A stretch of DNA of 64,000 bases, from NCBI GenBank assembly GCA_051362555.1, contig CM120642.1:14446001-14510000 (forward strand). Direction: 5' to 3'. The DNA is from Lingula anatina (Eukaryota; Animalia; Brachiopoda). The notes beneath the pieces are model-generated. The model was not told the DNA's origin, did not search any database, and was given only the letters and a program-made list of their open reading frames with translations. Positions within the stretch are counted from its first letter, which is position 1. Each line of letters starts with the position of its first letter. The position numbers and the translations under genes were made by a program. This document shows, one piece after another, positions 1 to 11,700 of this stretch.

Positions 1-2711
1 GAGCAGCTGCTTCAGAGAGGATATGCTGTCAATGTGTTTGATATAAGAACAACATTTACTGATGACAGGATACAGTTCTTTGAGGGAAATCTCTGTCAAA
101 CAGAGGTACTTCTAGAATAGTATGAAATTTTTCTATTAACATGTGAAGTTTTATCTGATTTTAAGAAAAAAAAAACACCAACTGAACTGAACATTCTTTA
201 AAAGTCTTTGTTGTTTAGTAAATGAAGAATGTTTTAAAGTTAAAAGAACAATGAAGTTTAATTTTTGGTAAGCATTTAAGTGGTAAAACTATTACCGGAA
301 TTGGAAAAAACTCGGTTACTCTGAGGAAAAGGATACAAGAGTGATAAAGTACATGCATGCATGTTTTTGATATATGAAATATCAAATGATATATTTTGGA
401 GGTATATAGCTGGAATGATTTTGCTTAGTAATAATACAATTTTAATTGTATTTTAATTAAAATTACAATGGGTTATTATTCCAGTGTTTGCTGCCAGCTC
501 TTGAAGGCGTTTTTGCTGTGTTCCACTGTGCCTCACCCCCATATTCTGCTGATGACAGAGAACTGTTTTACAGGGTCAATGTAGATGGCACAAAGATACT
601 GATTGCTGCATGCAAACAGGCTGGAGTAAAGGTATGTGGAATCAAATTTCTGTTGAATTTTTAAAAGTACTGCCCTTTTCTGGGATTCAGCACGAAAAAG
701 AAATATTGTTGGCTACCATAAGTATGTTTATGGCTTTTGAATAAGAATAATGAAAACAATGATTTTTGAAGAACATTTTGTTGGAAATTTTATCAGCTCA
801 CAATTAAAAAAATTGAGAGATTAAAGCAATAATAACTCTTCCTTTGAGATTCAAAATTCCGCAAGAAATACATAGTAAACAACGCCTGGAAATATATTCT
901 ATTGCATTTTCCCACTAAAACGACTGTTATTGTAGTAAAACTAAAATCTGTGCTTGTCACTTGGGCTTTCGATCCCTTTTTTCGCGGTCGACAAGTGCAT
1001 CCGTTGCCAATGACGTTTAGGTGTCACGCGGATTCTCGCGTCCATTCGAGACCAAAATAACATGGCGGGAAACCCTCAGACGTAAGTTGCGAGTTTTTGT
1101 AGTGCGTCGGATAACGAAAAGCCCAGAATTGCACACATTGTAGATATAAATGCATTTTGAGCAAAAAGACGAACATATCTTATGAATCTTATAATATTGT
1201 TATATAGTGTTGTTGTTGTCTGCTTATCCCGCGGTTTTAAGTAGGTCACCAGAAACTATCGCTCGATACGAGAGGGCTCCGTCAGTTAAAATCTCTTAAG
1301 TGATTTTAACAAAAAACCGTACGTTTAGGAAAAAAACCCTGGATTAACTTTGAATGCAGGAATGGGGTCGTTGACCATTGGTAAGTACGGGAAAATTGCC
1401 CTTTTTTCCAGGAAAATTGTATTTTTGGCCAAAACGAAGAGTTATTATGACTTTAATGAAAGTAGTAACCTACTAATTACAGAGGTTGGTTTTGACAAGC
1501 AGTGCCAGTGTAGTTTATGAAGGCAAGGACATCAAAAATGGAACTGAAGAGCTGCCTTACGCTGCCAAACCTATTGACTACTACACAGAAACTAAGATAT
1601 TGCAGGAGAAGGTGAGTGAATGTGTTTGTTGTGGTGAAAAAAAATTGTTACCATCAGGTTGTGCTGGGTGAATGTGTTAGTTGTTCCAAATGCAGTCACT
1701 GTGGTTTGGAAATGCTCTGTAAATAACATTATTGCAGTAACTGATAAGCCTGGCTTTTGCCAATATCCTTACCTGTTGTCAAGTTTTACACATGCTAAAG
1801 TAAATAAATATTTTACAATCTTTTGAGAAAGAGATCAAGAAGTGAGTTGTGTTTTCTTAACATTTGCCTTTTAAAGTTTTTCTCTGGTCAAAGTCACTTT
1901 AACATAATATATCACTGTTAGTACCATAATTGCTAATGACATTTGACATTCATCCTTCCTCCTCAAATATTTTAAAAATACATCTTTATTGTTTTCAAAT
2001 GTACACAATACATTGTTATTAAAACATCATCTTTATAAGTTGACCACTTATCCTTGATAAGCAGTCAGATCATTACTTTTTCATGTCGCTATAGTTGACC
2101 CTGTAACAATGTGACATCTTAATCATTAAACTTAAAACAGAATTTTTTCCCATTAATGCATGTTTTGTTATGTACTTTGGAAAATAATTCTGGCCAGGGA
2201 TTACAGTCAGATTTACCAAGGGCATAAGATTGATAAATAGGCCTTAAAGATGACAGTATATGTAATGCTGTCAGTCAGGAGGCCACTGTCATTACTACAC
2301 ATCTTATAGCTACAGAAAACATGGTCCTTCAAGTACTTTAATTTAAGATTTAAGTGTGTCAAAGGTATTTGAAAATCATGTGAAGAGATGACATGGCATT
2401 AGAGTTTGATGTAAATGTTTGGCAGTTTGTGTGTTTCTTGGAGATCTTCAATGGTCAGTCTTAAATTTATCTTCCTAATCTCTTTATTGGCATATTTATT
2501 ATTGGAGACTGCCCGACTAACCCTAGCACACCTTGATTAATAAAGATAATAAACAGTTGTTGTGAATATGAAGAAATTTACTTTCATGTACATAATTATT
2601 TGGTTTGTACTGCAGTTTCATATATCTGAAATTGTTGTTGATTTAAATATAACTTCTCTAAAACAGGACATGAAAAACTGAACTTTACTTGCAATAGATT
2701 ATGATTTTTAC

Positions 2712-2760
<49 letters not shown>

Positions 2761-5700
2761 CCTTAAAATTATTGAAATTCACAAAAATGAAAGAAACTAT
2801 CAAGGATTATGTTGGTAAAAAGTTCTGTACCTGAAAGCCTCAATTTAAGATAATGGGGCATGTTGTGTGTAGACATTGTACTGATGTAACACAGTTACAG
2901 TTAGTGTATTTTGCCACAAACAAACTGCTGTTATCTATGAAAGGTGCTATAAGAACTTTCTAGTTGTTAAGTCCATCATTTTTCTGTGACTAATAAGATT
3001 TAATGATGTACGTCATTTGTACACTGATGATTGAGTTTTCCTTTTATCAAGAATTACTCAATTTTGCAAGTTTTTTTATATTTCACATTTAATTGTCATT
3101 TCTTTAAAAATTACAAAACTCTAAGCATGTTTTGACCCATGTTTTGTTAGAAACAAAATATTTTCTTTCTCTGAAATTTTGTTATCTTTCTTTGGTGATA
3201 AGAACTGCAGAAGGAGGTGGATATTTTTGTACTCAGTGGGTGCCAGGTCTTAAGTTTGAATTGTTATATTTAACAATAATTGCCAAGTGTTTTTGAAATG
3301 TTAATATGGAAATCATGTCAGTATGTGTGTGTCTGTGATAAGATTCTATTTTTATTCTTAAAATTTTTCATTTGAGATAGCAAGTATTTGATGACGAAAG
3401 GTCAGTTTGTGACTTAATAGCATTAGTAACAAAACAGTTATGCATACAGGGTGATATCAGGTATGATGAAAGGAAACTAGTATATTTTTTTTCTTTCATC
3501 TTTCCCTAAAGGGATTTTCTCCAGAAAACAATTTCTTCAAATTTTATTTAAGAGACATAACCCTTGTTGAAATGGATATTAAAAAAGGAATCATTGTTTT
3601 ATGCATTTTTTCCAAGAAAGATTAGGAAAAACATATGGTCAGAGACGATTCTTTAAATTTTAGTTGAAGGCAAGAAGGTTTAAAGGATTAGAGATGGGCC
3701 TAGGGTATAGGGAGATCATGATTGATTAAATGAGGTTAAGGATTGAAATCATTAGAAAAATGTGAAATGTCTATTTTATTTTACCACAAAATACGGAACC
3801 AAACATTCCTTCAGAGTTATGCAACTAATGGAGTAAATTACCTTTATATGGCATATTGGTTAACTGTATGACAATGTCAAAATTTTGGAGACGCTTAAGT
3901 CTTGAGGCATGCTGATTGAGTATTCAATGAATAGGAAATGATAACATTAAGCAGCTTTTCTTGACATAGGGATTAAAATGTAGTGAAATTCAAGCGCTTT
4001 TTGTTGAATCTGTAAAATTAAATAGTCTGGTCACTATTTCATCGAAGCTTAAGTTAATGATTTGGGGGTCACATGGGGGATTACAGGAACCATGACATGG
4101 CTAAATATAACTACAATTAGAGAAAAGTTTCAAGTTTATCTTGAAGACTTAATACCAGAAATGGCCTTCTGAAAGTGAACGTTTGTTCCTTATCAAGGGA
4201 AAGTTTGTACCATGATAAGCAGAGTTTGTCCGCTTGAAAGTAAGTGCGGAATAATTTTGTGCTAAACGAGGAGTCATTGAGGAGCCTGAGAAAGTCAACA
4301 GCATCTTGACCTGTGGGTTGGCTCCAGCGTGCAGTGACAGGCAGGCAACTTGCTCATATCTCGGGCGTGACAGGGAGGGGCCAGTGTGTTAGTGCCGATC
4401 ATTTATGAATATGCAACACTAGCTTATTTGGCATTCCTCCTATGTGTTTGCTGATGTGTTAGGATTTGGATTTTGACGGAGTGAAAACCTCAGAAGACAA
4501 GCAGGTGAAAAACTGTGAGAAAATTAATGAGCACAGGTTCTGTACAGGAGAAAAAGATTTTTTTCGGCCAGGTGGAACTATGCCTACATAAAACCTTACA
4601 AAATATATTCAAAAGAGGAATACTAGTGAATTGCCAGGAAAATGGATTAAAAGCATAAATTGGAGATGGCAAAAATGCCAGCAAAACGATTTAAAACATT
4701 TAGTCACAAGGAAAAGTAAAACAGCAAGAAAAGAAAATGGACCCGATGTGTTTTCAATTTTTTCTCCTTTTTCTCATGGTGACAAACTTGGGCAGCACTC
4801 AAGTGTGCCCCAAAGCATGCATGTGTGTGCCGTATGCAAACGGAACGGTTGACGCTCGTTGTCACCAGGAGGGACTAAACGGATTTCCAAAAGGACTGCC
4901 ACCAAATATACGAATTTTACAAATTGTTGGTATTAATGTGACCCATGTTATTCCCAATGTGACCAGGGCAGATCTGTCACCATATAAAAACCTGGAGGAG
5001 CTTGAAATTGTGAATGCAAACGTGGAACTGGTGACAGATAATGCCTTTGCTGATTTGAAAACATTGCGGAGATTGAAGCTGAATCACAATCGCATTACCA
5101 AACTTCACCAGGACACATTTCAGAGCCTCACTGATTTAACAGAGCTGTATATAAATGACAATCCAATCAAGGAACTGGATCCAGGAACTTTCCATTATCA
5201 AAAAAGATTGACTAAACTGCAGTTACAAAATATGACACTTAATTCCCTAGTAAATGGAATGTTTGACGGACTTGATTTACTGGAGCTTTTGAATTTAAAT
5301 CATAATAACATCCAGCATATTGAAGACAAAGTTTTTGTCCCACTGAATTCTATACAGGGCATTGATCTGTCCTTTAACCGTTTGACTAGCTTATCAAGCA
5401 CTCTTGCACAAGTTGTTCCAAGACTAAAATTAGGAATTAAATTAGTAGGAAATCCACTTATCTGTAACTGTGAAATTGCCTGGTTCAAATCGAGTCCAGC
5501 AATATATATGAAGTTGGGCCGAAACTATTGTTTTAATTTGAAGTCAGGTAAATGGATAAGAAACACAATCCCCAGGGCAAAGCTGACTTGTTCAAAGCCC
5601 GACTTTGAAAATGCCACCTGCCTGAGCAGTTATACTGTTAAGGAGGGGGGTGCCATTGACTTAGGTTGCCCCATCATCGGCGAGCCTTTCCCCGATGTCA

Positions 5701-8700
5701 CTTGGCTCTCACCTGGGGGAAGTAAGATAATCCTTGGCAAGCCATCAAATAACACTAATTATGAAGTCAACTTAGATGGAACATTGTCCATTGCAGCAGC
5801 ATCATTGATGGAGGATGGGGAATATACTCTGTCTGCTGTGAACAGAGAAGGAAGCTTTGTTTTCAAACTGACACTTGTCGTAGAAGTACCAACAACTACT
5901 AGCACCACAACTGAAGCCACCACTATGGTTGAGACGACCGAGGCATCCACTGTGGCCGAGACAACTACAGTTACGACCACAGTGATTCCAACAACCACAG
6001 AGGCAGAGACAACAACAGTGATTCCAACAACCACAGAAGCAGAGACAACCACTGTAACAACTACAGTGATTCCTACAACTGTGGTTGAAACAACAGAGCC
6101 TGCAACTACCACCGAGTTAACAACCCAGAAGCTGACAACAACAGTAGAAACTACAACACAGACTGAGGCCTTCACCACCAGGACTGTGACAACAGCACCT
6201 CCAACAACATCAGAGGTAACAACAAAGGCGACTCAACTAGCAGTCACAACCCAGCAAATGACGGAAACCCCAACAAGTACAGGGATGACTAAGCCAGAGG
6301 TACAAAAACAAGAAACACCAGATAACACAGCAGCAGTTGTTGGGGGAGTTTTGGGTTCACTAGCAGGTGTCATAGCCATCATTGCCAGTGTTTTATCCTA
6401 CTTGAAGTTCTGCAGAAAAAGTGGGAAAGTTGGCTATGGCAATCTTGATAACAGGCGAGACTCAGTCCAGTCGAATGCCTCGCAGCAAACTGAACTTGAC
6501 AGCGAAAGAACAGAATCAGATAGACTCTCTCCAGACAGGTCAAGCCCAGTGAGTAGGGCCTTTTCATCGCCCAGAAATTCTATCGCCCCTTCGCCACGAA
6601 GTGCAGATATGTACTATGTAAATAATAACATGTTTAATTCTTCAGAAGCATGACAGAACATCCTGAAATATGTTTAAATTCTTTATCATCATTTATCCCC
6701 AAGTTGCCAAGCATTATTTATCCAAGATGTACCTCTAGAAAACCTGAAATGTCTAATCTTTTATTACTTGTGGTGTTTGTTTTCATGTATGTTGTCTGTT
6801 ATTAGCTTACCTTGCTCCTAGAGCTTTGAAGATTTATAAACTTGATTTTAGATAAATTAAGATTTTGTTTTTGAAAAATTACTAATGTTTGATTGTGACG
6901 GTATTATCTGACATTTAAGTGTCCCAAGTGTTAGCCTGTCAGTAAACATAGTTAATAATGAAAAGCTCACATAATCAAAGTGGTGTACTGTTACAGTAGT
7001 TTCTGGCATTAGTCAACATGGCCTCATTTTATAAGTGGCTAAATAACAAGTATTTGAAATCCAGTATTTTTCTATGTGATAAAATTGACAGTCACACTGA
7101 CTGAATGTGTTTTTTTTTTTTTTTTTTTTAATCTGTATTAGTTCTATTAGTTCATTTATCTGGATTAACCTTTATCCTAGAGACTTGTCAGGCATACAGA
7201 TTTCTCTCCTTCTCTCTTGCTTTGCAAAATCTTTATGCTACAAAGTTCTTGATGGAAAAAGTTTTGAAGCTGTCTAAAAGCTTACACATTTTAACCTTCT
7301 AACTGTAGAAATATGTGTCATATTGATTTCTTTCCTTTACAAGCTGTTCAATTATTATTATCACAGAATGGTAAAAAGTAATCTGTATAACTGTATTGCC
7401 ATTATTATGGACATATTTTTGTGGCATTTGCTGATCATCTGAATATAGAATTTGGTATGCCAAATTACTTATTTTTTTATATAAAATCAGTAATAAATTT
7501 CACAAAAAAAAAAAATAATAATAATAATAATAATTTTGAGACAGTATTATGCGTATTGTGTAAATGTGTCATTGGTGTGAGCCTGTAGAACATTCTTTGC
7601 TAATCTGCAGTTCCATTTGATAAGCCCGCTGTAACCTCAAGAATCTACCTCTTGGAGTGGGAAATATTTTAGTAGTATGTTTTGGCTCACACTAGCATTA
7701 AAATTTAAGCCATATGATTAAAAAATTCAATTTTGCTTAAGAAATTGTAATGGGAAAATATCACGTATAATTCTCTTTTGTTTGGGCCCAAAAATTGATT
7801 TAATAAATGTTTAGCTATTTGGCTGAAACACATATTGTCCTAGGTTCTATATTAATATTTAAATATTTCAGACCCACTTGAATTAATTCTTGATTTATTC
7901 CCAGAAAGGTTTACATTTAAAACTGAAATGAATTGTACTATGATGTCTACAAAAGAGACAGTGCTTATGAAAGAAAAGAGAAAAAAGGGAGGAAAATTAA
8001 TTTACTGTGACACCATTAACAATATAAAATGTGTTGAACAGACTGTTCAAGTCTGTAAGTTGTTTGGTATGTTAGCAGTTTTCTGCCCTTTTTTTTTCAA
8101 AATGTGAAAAGATTTGTACATAGTCGTGAATGACAAAGAATTTTTGAGGGAATGTTGAAAAAGTAACATTGCAGATTATTTTTTGCATATTTTGGAAGTA
8201 TGAAATTGTTTTAAAAATTGTTTAAGTGAAAATAAATGTTATGCTGAAAATTTCTATATGAGTTGTGTTTATCACATGATTATAGATTTAGTTTTTTATT
8301 TATTTATTTATTTTTATTTTTCACTTTATATTTATTTAAGGCACCATTTTGGGTTTAAGAAGGAAAAATTCCTCTCCAATTTTAACAAAAAACAAAAATG
8401 TTTTTATTAATTTTTGATACTGGTTTTTGTATGATTAAACTCTATGACCTTGGTATTTTATCTTAGCTTAAACAGAAAACTAATAAACAGCCATTTATCA
8501 GTGGGGATTAGAATGTTATGGATATTTTCTTCGTTCAAACTATTTTTAAACCAAGATCTGAGAAACAAATTGCAACACATGATAAGGAGCAAATTCATGT
8601 AGAAATCAAAATTTTCATATTTCTGTATTGTATTTAAGGTAGTTGCTGTGCATAAAATGGCTTTGCTAATATTTTCTCCATTTCAAACTTTTTCACAAAG

Positions 8701-11700
8701 AAAAAATCAATATTTCTAATGCTCTTAAAGAGCAGAATATTATATACCATTGGATGAATGATTCTTAAATTGAACAAGTTTTGATAGAGTGAATAAATAT
8801 TAACAAACATTTTTTCAGCACACATTTATCCTTTTCCCTATGAAAAACATTAAACAATAATCTTTATATAAAACTCCTTTAAGTGTATTCCATGAAAATT
8901 TCAGTAGGCCTTATAAAGTGATTTAACAAAATGAAACACATTGCATTTCACTCCAAAGCTTTGGAGCACATATTTCCAATGTGCAGTCTTCAGAATGCAA
9001 TAATCTTTCATTTATCTTTTTATTTTAAAATGGTTATAATGAAAGTTACATGGACAAGGTTTTACTTGTAAAAACTTGCCCTTTTTTTTGCAACCAGAAT
9101 AGATAGCCTAGGTAATAATGTAAATTATGAAAAAGCAGTTGAAAAGTAATAATTGAAATATTGAAATATGAAATATAGGTAGATACATGTTAACATATTT
9201 ACTTTCTAAAACAATTTACTTTTCAATCAGCAATCAGCATAACAAAAGAGGCAATACAAGAAAACTTTTTTCACTGCATAAAAAAAAAAACACTTGTAAG
9301 GGATTGTATGTGCTAAGACGTGGAATATAAATATATAATTTGTCATCTCCCTCTCCCTTCTCAACCCCCTCCATCTTCCCAGCTGATCTCCCATTATATT
9401 TACTGAAGGCTAACATACCACTTTGAGTCCATCAGTTCAGAGGTAAACTTCTCCTTGCCCACTAATCCAGTAGCACGCTGGCTGGACCAAGGCTTTAATC
9501 TTGTGGTCAAGGCAGCCATAGGGCAGACAAAAATGTTATCAGGAGTTGCCCTCTACAACTTGGTTATTTTATGGTTAGTTTCTGGTCCTAAACCAATGCC
9601 GGATTATGTGATTACACTCCCGTTGTAGTGGTTACAAGGTAGTTGTAAACAAATTAGAGTGATATTATGATAAAGCTGAAAAGAGTGTGTTGAGATTTTA
9701 GTAAATAATGTTTGTGCATAGAGATGACACCAGGACTGCAGAATTCTTCCAGTGAAAAGGACAATATGTCTTGGCCAATTTTAAATACTTCTACATTGTT
9801 TGAGGACACGCATCCTATTCAAATGCTTTAATTTCTGAGCTAAGAAAAGGACTGTGTTGAATACTCTGAGATATGGGTCTAGAGACATCATTGTCTCTTT
9901 TGATAGGAGGCTGGTGTAATTATGATTTATGCATATTTTCCAACCCAGATGTAGAACATGGACAGACACTGAAGCAGTCTGTGGTTTTATTACTCTCCTG
10001 GGTGCTATTAATTCTTGCATTAAAAAGAACAAAAAATTGCTTTAACATTGATCACTAAATTGTTTTATTTTGAATGTTGGCCTTACACTGTAATAGCAGT
10101 AAACCAGCATTTTGACCAAAAAAAAAAAAAAGATCTAAAAATTAAGTCTCAGTTCTCTATAATACATGAAAGAATGTTTGAATAAGTCACTTTAAATGGC
10201 TCAAGCACCAAAACTTTTTTATCATAATGAGTTTTGTTATTGATTATTATTATTTTGTGACTTTAAAATTCATACTTAAACTTCATTTTGCTTTATAAAA
10301 ATAATAATATGAATAAAATTTGAGGTCATGAGTCAATAATAAATTTTATGGGGACCACAAATATTCAGAAAATGATCTGGAAATTCAGTTTGGATGTTTT
10401 GTATAGATTAATTAATAAGTAAGTGTAATTATACTTATGAAAAAAAAAGAATGAAAAGAACAAATGACTTATTTCATGGACTATCTGTTCCAATTACCCT
10501 CATCTTCTTGAAGTCATCTTTGAAGAACAGTATCACTAATAAATAATTCCCTAGTTAATTATTTAAGCCACTTAATATGTACACTGTCTGCCTGACAGCA
10601 GAAAATTAAACAACTGACTTCATTATTATTTATTTACAATTAGTTTAATAAGACTTGATAAGAAAAAACATCTCCAAGGAGGGCGTCTTGCTCTAAGCCT
10701 TTAACACATTAACTAACAATAAAAAATCCTCCTCTCCCTGCCAGCAGCAGGTTTCTGGGCTTATCACTTGACCTGACTGGAAGACTTGAAATGGATTGAG
10801 AAGATTTTGTTAAGATCCCCAACACCCAAACTTTAGCATTAGACCTTGAGTGCTCCTGTCACCAGTCATGTTATTTATGCTGTGAAGAAGTGTGCTCATA
10901 CCTGAGAAGAGATGGGAACTGACACCTTTGACACATCAGCTGCGTTCAGACTGGTTTGAAACTAAAATATTTTGGATCTTTTAAAACCTGTTTGATTGAC
11001 TTTTAAGCCCCTGCGTATGGCAATTTAGTAGTTTTAAATTGGACACAAACCATTGTTACCACATTCAAATAGTTCAAGTTAAAATCATTTTTTACAAAAG
11101 AGAGAAAAAATCAGATTATTCAAATTCATGGGAAAACAAGATTTCTGATTAATGCACAATCATGCTAAGGTCATTAAATGTGGTCTCAAATTTAGGAAGT
11201 TGAACTGTTTTGTGTACATTTGATATCAAATATAAAGTTCGCATACCTCCCTTCTATGGTATATGTTAGCTATAATACCTTGTGTGAATAGGCCATATGC
11301 TTGTTCCCAGACAGGGTGGATAGCATATGGATATCTGAACAGTTTAATCTGCTGACTTCTGGTATTTTAATAGTAAACAGTGACATCAAGAGAAAGATTG
11401 GAGAAACAAGCCTATCAAAAGATAGTTTAGTATGCTCATTTATTTTTTGGGGTTCAGTATTTTTCCTACCTGTGTCAATTTAGGTAATCAAAGTGTCATA
11501 ATGAATTTTTTCTTTGGGTTAATGTTGTTTCTGTAAAGTTACAGATATGGAAAGATTTCTGAAAACATCTCATTTATTTTCAGTTCATCATCAGTTTTTG
11601 GAAATAAGACTTTTGACAGTTTTTTTAATAGTTTAAACATAAACCCATAAATTTAATTTCAATATATTTTGAAAAAAATCAACATAAATAAACCAGATGA

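Noticed and set aside
1611-4737. NSDHL-LRR fusion protein by alternative splicing
   Set aside because: In-frame TAG at 4701-4703 with no credible acceptor after it. Splicing to the AG at 4462 is out of frame with the LRR ORF and terminates early.
5759-6178. 139-aa Val-rich minus-strand ORF
   Set aside because: Antisense shadow of the ACN Thr codons of the mucin stalk.
9300-9660. GC-richer segment that might be a SINE or ncRNA
   Set aside because: Could not identify A/B boxes, a tail, a TSD or a second copy.
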